Origin: Chromera velia
Taxonomy: Eukaryota
Direction of reading: 5' to 3'
DNA: 51,172 bases
NCBI GenBank assembly: GCA_018398765.1
Contig: JAHBMJ010000281.1
Location: 1-51,172 of the forward strand
Part shown: in pieces, positions 11,741 through 23,570 of the stretch
Numbering within the stretch: position 1 is the first letter of the stretch
Layout of the letters: each line of letters starts with the position of its first letter
The notes under the pieces: generated by a model
The model's database searches: none
What the model saw: the letters and a program-made list of their open reading frames with translations, nothing else
Told to the model about the DNA's origin: nothing
Translations under genes and position numbers: made by a program

Positions 11741-12322
11741 TGTGCCTCTGTGTGTGTGCCTCTGTGTGTCTGTGTCCCTCTGTGTGTGTGTGCGCGCAAG
11801 CGCGTAGCTGCGGGCCTCTGTTTGTACGTCCGTGCTTTTTTGGAACCAGAACACGCACACTGTTTGTTTCATCCTTGTTCGTCTGCAGGTCCGGGTGTCT
11901 TTCTGAGCATTCAGGAAGCCCGCAAGAAGATCTACCTGAGTGCATACAAACAACAGCTTCAACTTCCCCCAGTCGCCCGGCAGGTGGAGTCGCTGCGTGC
12001 CGTTGCCAGAGAGAAGGATTTGGTTTTTTTGGATTTCGACACGAACGACGATCTGAATAAAGATAAACCCCTGTCCCACGCGCAGTGTTTGCGGTCCTTT
12101 GTGCTGCACGGAGACTTTCGGGAGATCAAGGGGTCCCCTGAGGCACGAGGGGAAACCCGGACAACAGGACAGGCAGAGGGGGTAAAAGAGGCATTGCAAT
12201 GCTCTTCGTCTGCCTCCTCGAGCTCTTCTCAGAATCCGAGCTCGAAGAAGAAAAGGCAGTCAGATGCAGCTGTAGAAGGGACAGAAGACGTTTCGCCTCT
12301 CTCCAAGAAGAAGAAGACTTAG
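10816..12322 (+). CDS. DUF6939-like protein (bacterial-type, possibly NADAR-related), 2 exons (10816-11206, 11889-12322)
   Basis: Motifs VASKR, DVTS, SPF, VPF, VEGIWQGLKIF, NLKRT, GH, EARKKIY, LDFDTN and KPLSHA match my recollection of the DUF6939 family. The phase-1 intron gtacgt...ctgcag joins them in frame. Basic low-complexity C-tail. Confidence 0.75.
11296..11490. repeat. 24 bp minisatellite, about 8 copies, intronic
   Basis: Unit catctg(c/t)cgttgt(a/g)tttattaaca. Confidence 0.9.
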
Positions 12323-12539
12323 ACTGATCAAGGGGAAGAAGACTTGAGTTCATATGACCACTCTCAACGCCTGGGTCCACGTTCGAGCTGGCGTTCGAGG
12401 TGGTTTGGAGGAAGACCTGCTTCTTTTTTTGTTAAAAGACTGTTGTTTGAGTGGTGCACAAGTGTTGTTCATGTGTTATTCATGTGTTGCGTAAGCGTTG
12501 TTCATTAAATCGTTGTTAAGTGTTGTTGAGCTTCAAAAA

Positions 12540-13440
12540 GTACCAAAAAAAAAAAGAAGAAAACAAATCTGCTTGAATCGTTTATTTTATATCTGGGGGG
12601 AACTTTTGAAGACTTTTAAAAAACATGTGGAGATAGGTAGAGCGAATGATCAAAGGTGTTTCGTCACTTGTGATTAAAATATATTTAATTATCCCATGAA
12701 GTGATTGAATGTGATTGAATAAACTGAATAATTAGCCAAAGTCCGATTCTTACTAGTCTTTAATACCTTTGGTCATTCTGATGGTGCGTGGTTTTTTTTT
12801 TACGTTATAAAAACAAATGTTTTGGGAGTAGCCTAGAGGCTTGTGCACATCCAGTGCACTGCATGCATGGCCCAGCCCATGCAGCCCGGGCCAGCCATGC
12901 ATGCGCCGGTGCGGCCCCCCCCTTAATTAATTTAGGAATATATTCCTGAATATATTCCTGATTATATTACTTTTGAAGTGAGTAACTAGTGAATAAATAT
13001 ATTCCGTGATTAAACACCTTTGCGAATGATGCCGAATGTCGACTTTAGTGTCGACTTAATTGTTTAAGTATATAGCTCTTTCGCGTTCTCATGAAAATTG
13101 TGCAACCTATGTTAATTTAGGTCAGCCTATGTATAGGAATCTATACTGTTTAATTTAAGTTTAAACTAGAGTGTGAATTTATTTGAATTGTGAACTAGAT
13201 TTTGAAGTCCTTACATGCAGAGTGGACCACGGAAAAACGTACAACATCATTCTCATCGCAGATATATGATCGAGTCGGTTTAACTCGGTTAGAGTCCATT
13301 AGACTAGAAATATTTAACTATTTTAATGATCATTACCTGATCATATTTCCTAATCAAAAAAGTAATTCCCCTTATATTTCCTAGCCAAAATAGTAATTGC
13401 ATGTTTTTTAGTAGTTTTTATACGCAACTTTTCTGTTAGA
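12540..13440. other. AT/TpA-rich intergenic block between convergent genes, with an embedded GC/TGCATGCA patch at about 12860-12922
   Basis: Compositional switch. The patch reads gcatgcatggcccagcccatgcagcccgggccagccatgcatgcgccggtgcggccccccc. Confidence 0.6.
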
Positions 13441-13570
13441 GTGGTGTTCTATCAATGTCAGGCATTGTTAGAGGCATTGTCAGCATGTCAATTCCGAGTC
13501 CCGAGTCTTCTTATAGTCTTCTCCCAAAGGTTTGGCTCACTGCCCGGAAAAACAAAAGGACCCCATGCAA

Positions 13571-15607
13571 TTAAGATGCAAAGGAAAGATGACCAAGGTA
13601 GGCCCCACTGCCCCCTAGGTCGTCGTCCCCGATTTTCTTCAGAAATCGCAACGCCGCGCCGTTCCTCTCCCCACTGGAGCCGTCCAGAGGAAACTCGATC
13701 TCCATCTCCCGACCACTGTCACGAGACCGCAGCTGCATGCAGAGACAAATGGAATTGAATAAGGAAAAAGTGAATCGCGCGCACACGCGCGCATGTGTGT
13801 GTGTGTGTGTGTGCGTTCGCGTGTCTGTGTCTATGTCTTAGTGCGCATTTCTGTGTGAACATCCGTACTCGCCATTTCTGTGTGAGGCCCAAGTTGAAAC
13901 TCCACTCACACTCCAAGAAAGAGGGAAGGAAAAGACCCTAAAAGAAAGAAAATCAACTGGGTGAGTGAGTGAGTGGGTGAGTGAGAAAGAAAAAAGCAAG
14001 CCGGCGAAGTAGATAGATAGATGCATGGGAGATCCACAAATGCAAAAAGCAGAAAGAAAAAAAGAAAGCAAGCAAGCAAGAAAGAAAGAAAGAATGAAAG
14101 AAAGAAAGAATGAATGAATGAAAGAAAGAAAGAAGGTTCCTGCATGTGCTGCCCTCCCTCCCGATGAACCCACCCCTGCCAGTTTTGCCTTCCCTCCCCC
14201 CAGCCCTCCTCCTTTCCCTTCCAACTTCTTCTCCTTGTCCTTCTCTGTCACCGCCACGCGAAGAGACTCTCCAGCAGCGAGGGCAACCAGACGTTTGTCG
14301 AATCCAAACAGGTTACCGATGTGCCGGAAGACTGACCTGAAGACATGCAGGGTGCATTTATTTTGAAAATTCTGTATGAAAATAAACGAATCCAAACAGG
14401 TTACCGATGTGCCGGAAGACAGACCTGAAGACATGCAGCATGCATTTATTTTGAAAATTCTGTATGAAAATAAACGAATCCAAACAGGTTACCGATGTGC
14501 CGGAAGACAGACCTGATCGAAGACATGACGACGACAAAAAACGCGGAAACGGGATTGAAGCAAAAGCAACAAAAAAAAAAGGAAGAGAGGGAAAAAGAAA
14601 GAAAAGAGAGCGGGTGTTGGAAAACAAACTTGAAAATGAGGCAAAAAAACATGGAACAGAGGACGCCAGAAGTAAAAGCAGGGGAGAAGAAGAGACAGAG
14701 GGGTGGTGAAACCAAAAGAATAGAAACACGACGACGAACGAAAGGCATCAAGGCGGTTAGGAAAAGAGACTGACAAACAAACAGAAAGAGGAAAGAATGG
14801 AAGAAAACAAAGTGATTAAGCCAGAAAGGAAAGGAAAGCAGGGACGGAGGGAGAGAGGGAGGAGGAAAGGAATGACGCCAAGAAGAGAGAGAGACCGAAA
14901 CAGAAATCCAGAGAGAAATTCCAGACAGACCATGCCTCTATCGCCCCTTTCTTCTTCCCCCCTCCCCCCCCTGCCGTTTCGTCTTCCTTCCCGTCTCCTC
15001 CTGCTGAGAGGACAAGAAAGGGATCCAACCGGATCTGCAGAAGACCCTCATAGGAGGGAGACTGGAACCACCAGGACTCCTGGGGGACACTCAGAGTCAC
15101 CATCTTCTGCACTGCATCCACATATCCATCCATGCGACCAGTCGTCTGGCCATTGGTCATCTTGAGCACAGACGAGATTGATCCATAAATGTTGGTATCC
15201 ATCCATCCATCCATACAGCCATACAGCCACTCATCCATGAATTGATCTCTGTGTGTCTGATTCATTCGAACCGCCTTGGAGACGGCAAAAAACATTTTCA
15301 AAGGAACATCCGAATACAAGAAGCACCAACGCGAAGTATTTGATAAGCCAGTTGGATGACTGCTCTCTAAAAGCAAGAAAAACCTGTTCTTTTGTTCTTT
15401 TGCACCCCCTCCAGGCAATACTCAAAAACGAACAAAAAAAGAGATACAGAAGGAATAGACGGAAGGAAAGAACAAAAGAAAGAAAGAAAGAAAGAAAGAA
15501 AGAAGAAAGAAAGAAAGAAAGAAAGAAAGAACGAAAGAGAGAACGAAAGAAAGAACGAAAGAAAGAACGAAAGAAAGAAAGAAAGAAAGAAAGGAATGAA
15601 GGAAAAA

Positions 15608-15651
<44 letters not shown>

Positions 15652-16717
15652 AGAAAAAGGAAGAAAAAAAAAAAGAAAGAAAGAAAGAAAGAAAGAAAGG
15701 CAAAGAGAAAACAACGAAAGAGAGAAAGCAAAGAAAGCGATAGAGGAAGAAAGGAAGCAAGGAACAAAGAAAGATGGGATTACACACAGGAAGCGCTGCA
15801 TGATAATGAAGCTGGTCCAAAACGGCATCAGAGTGGGAGGTGACAAGAGGAGATGGGCACGCAGAGATAGAAAGAGAGAGTGAGACTCCCCTTATGTCTT
15901 GATGTTTGTTCCTTCTTAACTTACCTTCACACACAAACTGATTGGCCTTCCCTCCCCCCAGCTGTCTTCTTTTTTTCTTTCCGCTGTCGACAGGAGACAC
16001 TGCCGCCGTGAAAACCTCCCCCCATTCCTTTGCCTCCAGCTTGCTCCATTTGATGTCTGCCAAAGACGTCTGACGCTGTGCTGGTCGAGAAGCTGAAGAC
16101 GCATCAGAACTGGTTGGGGACACCGCCACGACGATATCCAATGGCTTCAAAGGAGCCGGGAGGGAGGCACAGGGAGGCATGCGCCTCTCCAGACACAGAC
16201 GGATGTGCTGTGCCACATACTCAGGTAGAGACTTATCGAAATACTTGTCGGTGGAGAAGAGAGAGTCCCGAACTTCTTTCCTTTTCTTTTGCTGCTCCCG
16301 ACTCTGACTTTCCTTCTCTTTCTCGTCCTTCTCCTTTCCTGCTTTGTCTTCTACCGACTGCTGCAGCGGATCTGTGCTGGAGGGTCGTTTCACTGCAGAC
16401 GGCTTTGGGGGGTATGCCGGCGTTCTGTCTCCGTCTCCTCCGTCCCTGTCGTCCTCTTTCGCCTTCTCGTCCATTTCCTCAAAGAGAGAGGAAACGACGC
16501 CGAGGCCGCCTGTGATACTGCCAGCTGAGGGCGGGGCATCTGAGGCACTCACCTTTCCTCTCGTCTCTCTGTCTCCCTCAGGAGGCTGAAGAGAAATGGA
16601 GGTCTCTCTCTCTGTCGTCGTGTGGGTGTTGGACACAGCGAGGAAGCGCCCTTTCCTGCATGCATGGAGCGGGGGAGCGGAGGGGGGGAACACACACACG
16701 TCAATATGTACACGGCA

Positions 16718-16754
<37 letters not shown>

Positions 16755-18850
16755 AGAGAAAGAGAGAGAGAGAGAGAGAGTCTCTGTATCACGGCATGAT
16801 CATGCAGAAGCAAGAAGCAAGAAATGCAACCAAACAGTGGGACGGGGACAAGCAAGCAAGAAGAAAGGCAAGAAAGAGAGCAAGGGACAGGAGGAAAATT
16901 GCAGGATGTCATGGCGAGTCACAAGGCAAAGTGATAAAACAAAACAGCCTTCTTTCTTGACTTGAAGAACTCTTTGCCCTTTGAGAAAGAACAGACAGGA
17001 ACTTTCTTTACTTGAAGAACTCTTTGCCCTTTGAGAAAGAACAGACAGGAACCACAGCCGAACGAAATCCTCGCAGGGAGAGAGAGCAACAGGCCTCCCT
17101 CCACGCACTGGGGGGGGCAAAAAGGAAAACAGAAGCACGACGACACGAAGAGAGAGAGCAGACAGAAAGAAGAGAAGGAACAAGCGAATAAAAGAAAGCA
17201 GAAAGCATGGACGAGCGAAGGAGGGAAAGAAAAAGAAGAAGAAGAAGAAGAAGAAGAAAAGAAAAGACAGAGAAAGAAAGAAAGAGGTCCATGCACCCCC
17301 CAAACGACACCCGACGGAAAGACAAACGAACTAACCGCATCAGTCCCACGAGCGTTGGCTGTTCCCTCAGTAGCTGTTTCATGTTCTTTGGGTCCATCTC
17401 GAGCACCAGCAGGAGAACCACCTCTGTCAGGGAAGAGAAGAGAGAAGAAACGGGCAGGAAGAGAGACAAACAAATGAAAGCCCATGCATGCAGTCAGTCG
17501 GACAACGCGATGATGCGTTATGCTGTCAGAGCGAAACTAGGAAGGAATTGGGGGCCTTCAGAGAGTTGCAATTAATTGCTTTGAAATTCTTCTTCTTCTG
17601 CCTGCCTGCATGTCTCTCTGTTTGGCGGTCTCTCTTTCTGCCCGCTGTTCGACTTTCTGCCGCTCCGTCTTCCTGTCACAGTGTCCAGCTCAGTGACCGA
17701 CCGTTTGAGCGAATGACCTTCTGTCTGTCTGTCCGTATGCCCCGCTTCCTCTCTCTTTCTCGCATTCCTTTTCATACAGAATTCTTTTTATGTATGTAGG
17801 TATGGGTGTATGTATGTATGTACATTTTTATGTATGCCGACCTTCTGTCTGTCCATATGCCCTCCTCTCTCTCTCTCTCTCTCTCTCTCCCTCTGTCTGT
17901 GTGTGTGTGTGTGTGGGAGTCCGTCTTCGTTTGTCTTTTTTCTTCTTCTCAGTCTGACTCTGTCTGTGCGGGTATGAGAACATCCATGCGTCCATTTGAG
18001 GGAGCTCTCTCCTTCTCTCTGACACTGTCTGTGCGGGTGTGAGAACATCCATGCGTCCATTTGAGGGAGCCCTCCCCTTCTCTCTGACAAGCAGCAGCGT
18101 GGATGCTTTGAGTATGCACTGACTGACAGACCAGCGGCGGTGTGGATGCTTTGTATGTATGTATGTATGTAAATAAATGTCTGCAAAGACAGACCAGCGG
18201 CGGTGTGGATGTTGTTCTGAAGGGCCCTGTGGTACCCCATTCCATTTCTTTACATACAGAATTCTTTTTATGTATGTCTGTATGTATGTATGTATGTGTG
18301 TCTGTAAATAAATGTCTGCAAAGACAGACCAGCGGCGGTGTGGATGTTGTTCTGCAGGGCCCTGTGGTACCCCATTCCATTTCTTTACATACAGAATTCT
18401 TTTTATGTATGTCTGTATGTATGTATGTATGTATGTGTGTCTGTAAATAAATGTCTGCAAAGACAGACCAGCGGCGGTGTGGATGTTGTTCTGCAGGGCC
18501 CTGTGGTACCCCATTCCTCGGCCCTTCTCGTCAGTGAGCGGAATGCGCGCATCCCCGCACTTGTGCACAACGATCAGCAGGTCCGGTTTCTGCAATCAAT
18601 CAATCGAGAGACCCACCGAGGCATCTTTTCTTTTCACGTGACAGTGCATATTCGTTGCACTCGATTCGTTGGTCACGCATGCAGCTCGATCGCTTCCCTG
18701 TGGGACGGGACGGAGAGATTTGTATTGCGGTCTGTCTTCATCATTTCGGGAAAGCACCGGTGAGCTTCGTTCGGGGAAGGGGAACATGCAGGTAAAGTAG
18801 AGGGAATTATTGTACGTTTCCGATTGTGCGTCTTTTGTTTGTCCGATGGT

Positions 18851-18886
<36 letters not shown>

Positions 18887-19696
18887 CAGCACAGACCTCC
18901 CTCTAGCGACCGACCGGGTCATCGTCATCAATTTACCCATTGACTGCCAGCCTGCCTTAATTCCTTCCTTCCTTGCTGACCTTCCTGACAGGGACGTCCC
19001 TGAATGCGTTGGAGATGACGTCTCTCTCGAGGGTTCCGAAGTCGACGTGGGCCTGTATTCATTTATTCATTGATTTGTTGATTTTCATGAAAATAGAATT
19101 CTGTATGAAAATAAATGAAGTGACGTCTCGCTCGAGGGTTCCGAAGTCGACGTGGGTAGAATGAATGAAGCCATCGGTTGGTTGGTTGGTTGATTGGTTG
19201 GTTTGTAGGTTTGGTTGTTTGGTTGGTAGATTGATAGCGTGAGTGGGAGGGAACACGGGATGGGACGGGAAAATCGCTCTGAAGAGCTCTTCGTTCTCCA
19301 TGAAGTCATCCATCCATCCATCCGTCCGTCCATCCATCCATCCATCCGTCCGTCCATCCATCCGTCCATAAATTCAATCATGAGAAAGGGAATCCACACA
19401 AAGAGAAGCGAACAGAGCGGAAAGAAAGGAAACCGAGGGAAAGCCAGTGAGAGGGTCGCGTATGGGTTGCTCCACCTGAACAGAGAGGGAGACGGATACG
19501 CTGCCTATAGGAAGTAACGATCATGAACATGTCGAGAGGAGTCATCTTGAAGACAGACAGACGGACGGACATTCAATCCCGCCAGCGGTCCGCCTTCCAG
19601 AAAGAGCCTCGCCACTCTGGTTGCACTGGAGAAGTGAAAGGACCGGATCACCACGGAGGGTTGATCTGTTGTCAGGGAGCTACACTGGGTTCCCAT
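13571..19696 (-). CDS. Large multi-exon hypothetical protein with N-terminal MGTQCSS (possible myristoylation and palmitoylation)
   Basis: First coding exon 19571-19696. Exon-like blocks near 18978-19052, 18616-18760, 18468-18589, 17360-17423, 15920-16655 and 14140-14337, and a last exon 13571-13733 ending ...GHLSFAS*. Exact exon chain uncertain. Probable 5' UTR intron 19805-19865. Confidence 0.55.
14299..14516. repeat. 88 bp tandem unit (exon start, acceptor and palindromic element), 2.5 copies
   Basis: cgaatccaaacaggttaccgatgtgccggaagac at 14299, 14387 and 14475, separated by tgcatttattttgaaaattctgtatgaaaataaa. Confidence 0.9.
15470..15720. repeat. (GAAA)n microsatellite, intronic
   Basis: Direct inspection. 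Confidence 0.9.
18125..18516. repeat. Four tandem copies of an exon end and donor, separated by element-derived spacers
   Basis: gacagaccagcggcggtgtggatg at 18125, 18188, 18323 and 18462. The two long spacers contain catttctttacatacagaattct and taaataaatg. Confidence 0.85.
19016..19156. mobile_element. Palindromic element between 36 bp direct repeats; the insert end provides the splice acceptor
   Basis: tgacgtctc(t/g)ctcgagggttccgaagtcgacgtggg at 19016 and 19121. The insert contains agaattctgtatgaaaataaatgaa. Confidence 0.75.
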
Positions 19697-20128
19697 GATG
19701 CTGTCGTGACTCCGGATCTTTTCCGTTCGTTCTCAGTTGCTTATATGTTGGATGGAGCAGATAGTCGGGTGTGCCGATCAGCTCTTTCTGGCGCACAGAA
19801 ACACCTGCAAAGACTTCCGTGCGTGCAAGCCGACGCAGGAACGCAAAACGCGACTGGATTCTCACCAGAGACGGCTCAACAATACAATCGATCTGTTGGG
19901 TCGCTGTCACATCTTATATTAATGCCCGCGGACTGAATCATGCAGCTTGACGGATTCATCGGAGGCGAAGATTTTGCGGATCCTCATTCGTGATCGAACA
20001 ACCTGCGTCAGTTCGACGGGAACTCTGAGCGGAAAATAACTCTGTGAATCTCTGATCGACAGGATATGACAGGATTGCAGTCTGATTTTTGCGAGAAATC
20101 ATGCTCCCGGCCAACTTAATTTCATGCA

Positions 20129-20169
20129 GGCCCCCGCGCGCCGCGGCCCGGCCGGCGGCGGACCGGCGG
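20129..20169. promoter_or_regulatory. GC island in the divergent intergenic region upstream of UTP11
   Basis: 33 consecutive G/C bases (20129-20161) preceded by catgca. Confidence 0.5.
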
Positions 20170-20445
20170 ACAGAATCGGTTAACGGCGTTCTGTCGATGT
20201 CAGATCTAGAGTTTGGATGCTTGGTCCCCTGGCAGGCACTGTTGCGTACGTCTCTACATGTGTGCTGAGAGCCAGAACAGAAAAGACAGTGATTCCACAC
20301 TAACTGCACTGACAGCCTGTCAGACGAGGAAGAGAGTGGCTGTGGTCTGCTTTGTTGGAACCGTCTACGCTATCAGTGTTGTTTGCTGTCTCCTGAGCTA
20401 GAGGCAGACCACAAAACAGTTTGCAGACTTGAGTTGCTTTTCGCA

Positions 20446-21345
20446 ATGTCTTCGTACAAGCACTTGGTGCACAGGCGCGTGCACCTTGAGCGTCATCAGC
20501 CAGAACGGCGGCAGCGTCTTGGTTTGTTGGAAAAGAAAAAGGACTACAAGTTGAGGGCGGAGGACTTTCACAAGAAGCAAGACAAGGTGAAAGAGCTGGC
20601 TGAGATAGCACGGCTGCGGAATCCGGAAGAGTACAGCAGAAAGATGGCCAAAAAGGCAAAGTTGGTGAATGGGAAGAAGGTGATTCTTGATAGAGACCAG
20701 GAGGGTGACAGGGCTTTCGACAGTAAAGCTGCGAAGGCCTTGAATGCCCTGGACCGTTCTCTGATTTCAGTGAAGTCCCAAAAGCAGAAACGGAAGTTGG
20801 AGGGGTTGCAGGGAGAGCTGCACATGCTTGAGGCGAAGAAGCCAAACGCCCACACTCTGTTCATGGACTCTGACGAGGAGGCCGACCTCCTCTCTGCAGC
20901 CGCAGCGTCAGCCCCCCAGGCAAGAGGGAAAAGAGAGAAGGGAAAGAGAAAGCGAGAAGACGAGGAGGCGGAAAGATTGGCAGAGGAGAGAGTGGCTGCA
21001 GCGTTCGACACCCTTCCGGAGTTTTTGGACAACCGCTCGAACCTTCCCAGAAAGGCTTCTCTGAAGAAGCAGCGCCTGCAGCAGCAGAAATCACGCTCAG
21101 GCGAGATGGGGGAAGAGGATGAAGATGAAGGGGGGGACGAGGGAGGTGCGAGAAGGGAGAGGCAGCTTTTGCGATCTTACAAGGAGATGGAGAAGCGTCA
21201 AGAGAAGCAGAGGCAATTGAACCGGGTTCTTCAGAGGTTGGAGATGCGAAGGGACGTGAGTGCGAAGGGAAGGAAGAAGAAGGTGGGTGGAGGGGAGGAT
21301 GGGGCAGTTCCTGTGTTCAAATGGGAATTCCAGCGGAAGAAGTGA
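20446..21345 (+). CDS. UTP11: U3 snoRNA-associated protein 11 (SSU processome), intronless
   Basis: MSSYKHLVHRRVHLERHQPERRQRLGLLEKKKDYKLRAEDF, RNPEEY and C-terminal VFKWEFQRKK are characteristic Utp11 motifs. Confidence 0.93.
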   Translation: MSSYKHLVHRRVHLERHQPERRQRLGLLEKKKDYKLRAEDFHKKQDKVKELAEIARLRNPEEYSRKMAKKAKLVNGKKVILDRDQEGDRAFDSKAAKALNALDRSLISVKSQKQKRKLEGLQGELHMLEAKKPNAHTLFMDSDEEADLLSAAAASAPQARGKREKGKRKREDEEAERLAEERVAAAFDTLPEFLDNRSNLPRKASLKKQRLQQQKSRSGEMGEEDEDEGGDEGGARRERQLLRSYKEMEKRQEKQRQLNRVLQRLEMRRDVSAKGRKKKVGGGEDGAVPVFKWEFQRKK

Positions 21346-21835
21346 GCAGGAATCAAGGAGGTAGGAACCTTGAAGCCATTTGAAAATTCATTACCACAAG
21401 AATATTTATTTGTATGAAGAGGTCATTTTGTTTGATCCAAACATCAAGAGAGAATTGCGAAATCACAGAGAAAAGACTTGCATGAAGAGAATGTACAGAA
21501 AGACTGCAAGCCGACCGTAATTGAATGCAGCTGATTGGTTGGGTGGTTTGGTGTGTGTGGATGATGAGCAGCGTGATCACCAGGCTGCGTAGGCTGGAAC
21601 TCGGTCTGTAATAATTCTATCTGCCCTGCTTATTCTGCATCCATGCACACCCTTCGTCTTCCTCTTCCTTATTAAATTAATACCCCCACTTCCTTTAATT
21701 TCTGCTTCCCCTAGCTTGTGTGTGGCTGGCTCTTCGATCGCTCAGCGGATGCGCATGGCCCGTCTTTTCTTTTTTTGTTTCTCTTCGGATCTCTGTTCTC
21801 ATGCTCTGACTTTTCTCTCTACTGCGTTAGCTGCA

Positions 21836-22250
21836 CTCTGTTTGTTGTCCCCAACCCTCCGTCCTCCCCATTTATTTATTTTTTTTTATTTTCTGTTTGT
21901 TTATTTATTTTCGATCTCTGTTTGTTGTCTCCAACCCTCCGTCCTCCCCATTTATTTAATTATTTTTTTATTTTCTGTTTGTTTATTTATTTTCAATCTC
22001 TGTTTGTTGTCTCCAAACCTCCGTCCTCCCCATTTATTTATTTATTTTCTGTTTGTTTATTTATTTTCGATCTCTGTTTGTTGTCTCCAACCCTCCGTCC
22101 TCCCCATTTATTTAATTATTTTTTTATTTTCTGTTTATTTATTTTCGATCTCTGTTTGTTGTCTCCAACCCTCCGTCCTCCCCATTTATTTATTTATTTT
22201 CTGTTTGCTTATTTTTTTTCGATCTCTGTTTGTTGCCTCCAACCCTCCAA
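21836..22250. repeat. About 70-80 bp minisatellite, about 6 copies, downstream of UTP11
   Basis: Unit ctctgtttgttgtctccaaccctccgtcctccccatttattta...ttttctgtttgtttatttattttcgat. Confidence 0.9.
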
Positions 22251-22714
22251 CTTCCCCGTGCACGGCGTGGGTCGGAAACCTGGCACCCTGTTTAGTTTGC
22301 GTGGTACTTTGCGTCACAGTGTGTGTGTGTATGTGTGTGTGTGTCCGTGTGTCTCCATGTGTGTGTATCTGTCCGTCTGTCTCTTCTCTTTCTTGTCTTG
22401 AGTGGAAGCAGTAGAGGAGTAGCGTGTGAAACCAGTGATCACGTGAAAGTCTGTCGGAAGGTGGAGAGGCAAGGGGCGCTTAACTCTCACCTTTCGGGCC
22501 CCCTGCCCACGCTGTTTGATTGTTGGTGCTGTGCTTTTATCTTTGTTCTTTCTTTCTTTTTGTCTGTTGTGTTCATGAAGAAAAGAAGGGAGAAGAAGAA
22601 ACATATAGTCTGTCTCACATGAGGAAAAGGAGGAAGAAGAAAAAACATATACTCTGTCTCACTCCGTCTCTCTCACTTCGTGTCTCTGTCTCCGTCTCTG
22701 TCTCTGTCTCCGTT

Positions 22715-22765
<51 letters not shown>

Positions 22766-22899
22766 GTATGTGTGTGCAGTGACTGTGTGTGTGTATGTAT
22801 ATATGTGTATTATAGTTGTCTGCCCGTGACGCAGCCCGTCCCTCCGACTGTCTCTCTGTCTCTAGCTCTGTCTCTTTCTACCAGTTTCTGGAACGAAGA

Positions 22900-23570
22900 G
22901 TAGTCCTAAACTTTTCAAGCCACATAGTATTACAGACCTCAATGTTATTATAAACGTGTTTGGCATGCATGTTTCTGGGCAAGGACTAGGCATTTCTGGA
23001 CGTTTTTTAATTAAGCTTTTTAAACTCATGTATGATGATGACGATAATTAACTTGAAAGAGTAAACTGACTAAATAGTAAAATCGTTGTGTGGTAATGGT
23101 GACTAAATCCATTGTGTGCGATGCCTCAGACAGTTAGACTAGGCCTCTACTAGGGTTTCTAAGCAACCTACTAGCATAGCTACTAGCCTGTCAGAGCTTT
23201 AGTCAGAGCCAAACTACGTGTATAGGTTACTTAGGAAAGATGATGCCGCTACTAGAGTGAGAAGCTCACACTAGAGCTCACAGCCTTGGTAAAGCATTAA
23301 AATTTCCAATAAAATGGCAATAATTCAAAATTTATAAGTAAAATTCATTCTAAGCTTTACTTCTAAAATAAATTAAAACATTCTAATTTTAAGTTCAAAC
23401 CAATATAATTGCATTAAACTAGTTTTTATTTAAGCTAATTCAAGCAGTCTGAGTGTAAAATCGATGTATGATTGTTTTCAAGCTCATTGAAACAGTCATT
23501 TATATTCTATTTTTTCATATCATTCTTCATTTATTACTTACCAGCAAGGACATCTGCTTGAGTTAGAGGC
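22900..23570. other. AT/TpA/CTAG-rich intergenic block between convergent genes
   Basis: Dense ctag/actag at 23130-23280, then very AT-rich sequence. Confidence 0.6.
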
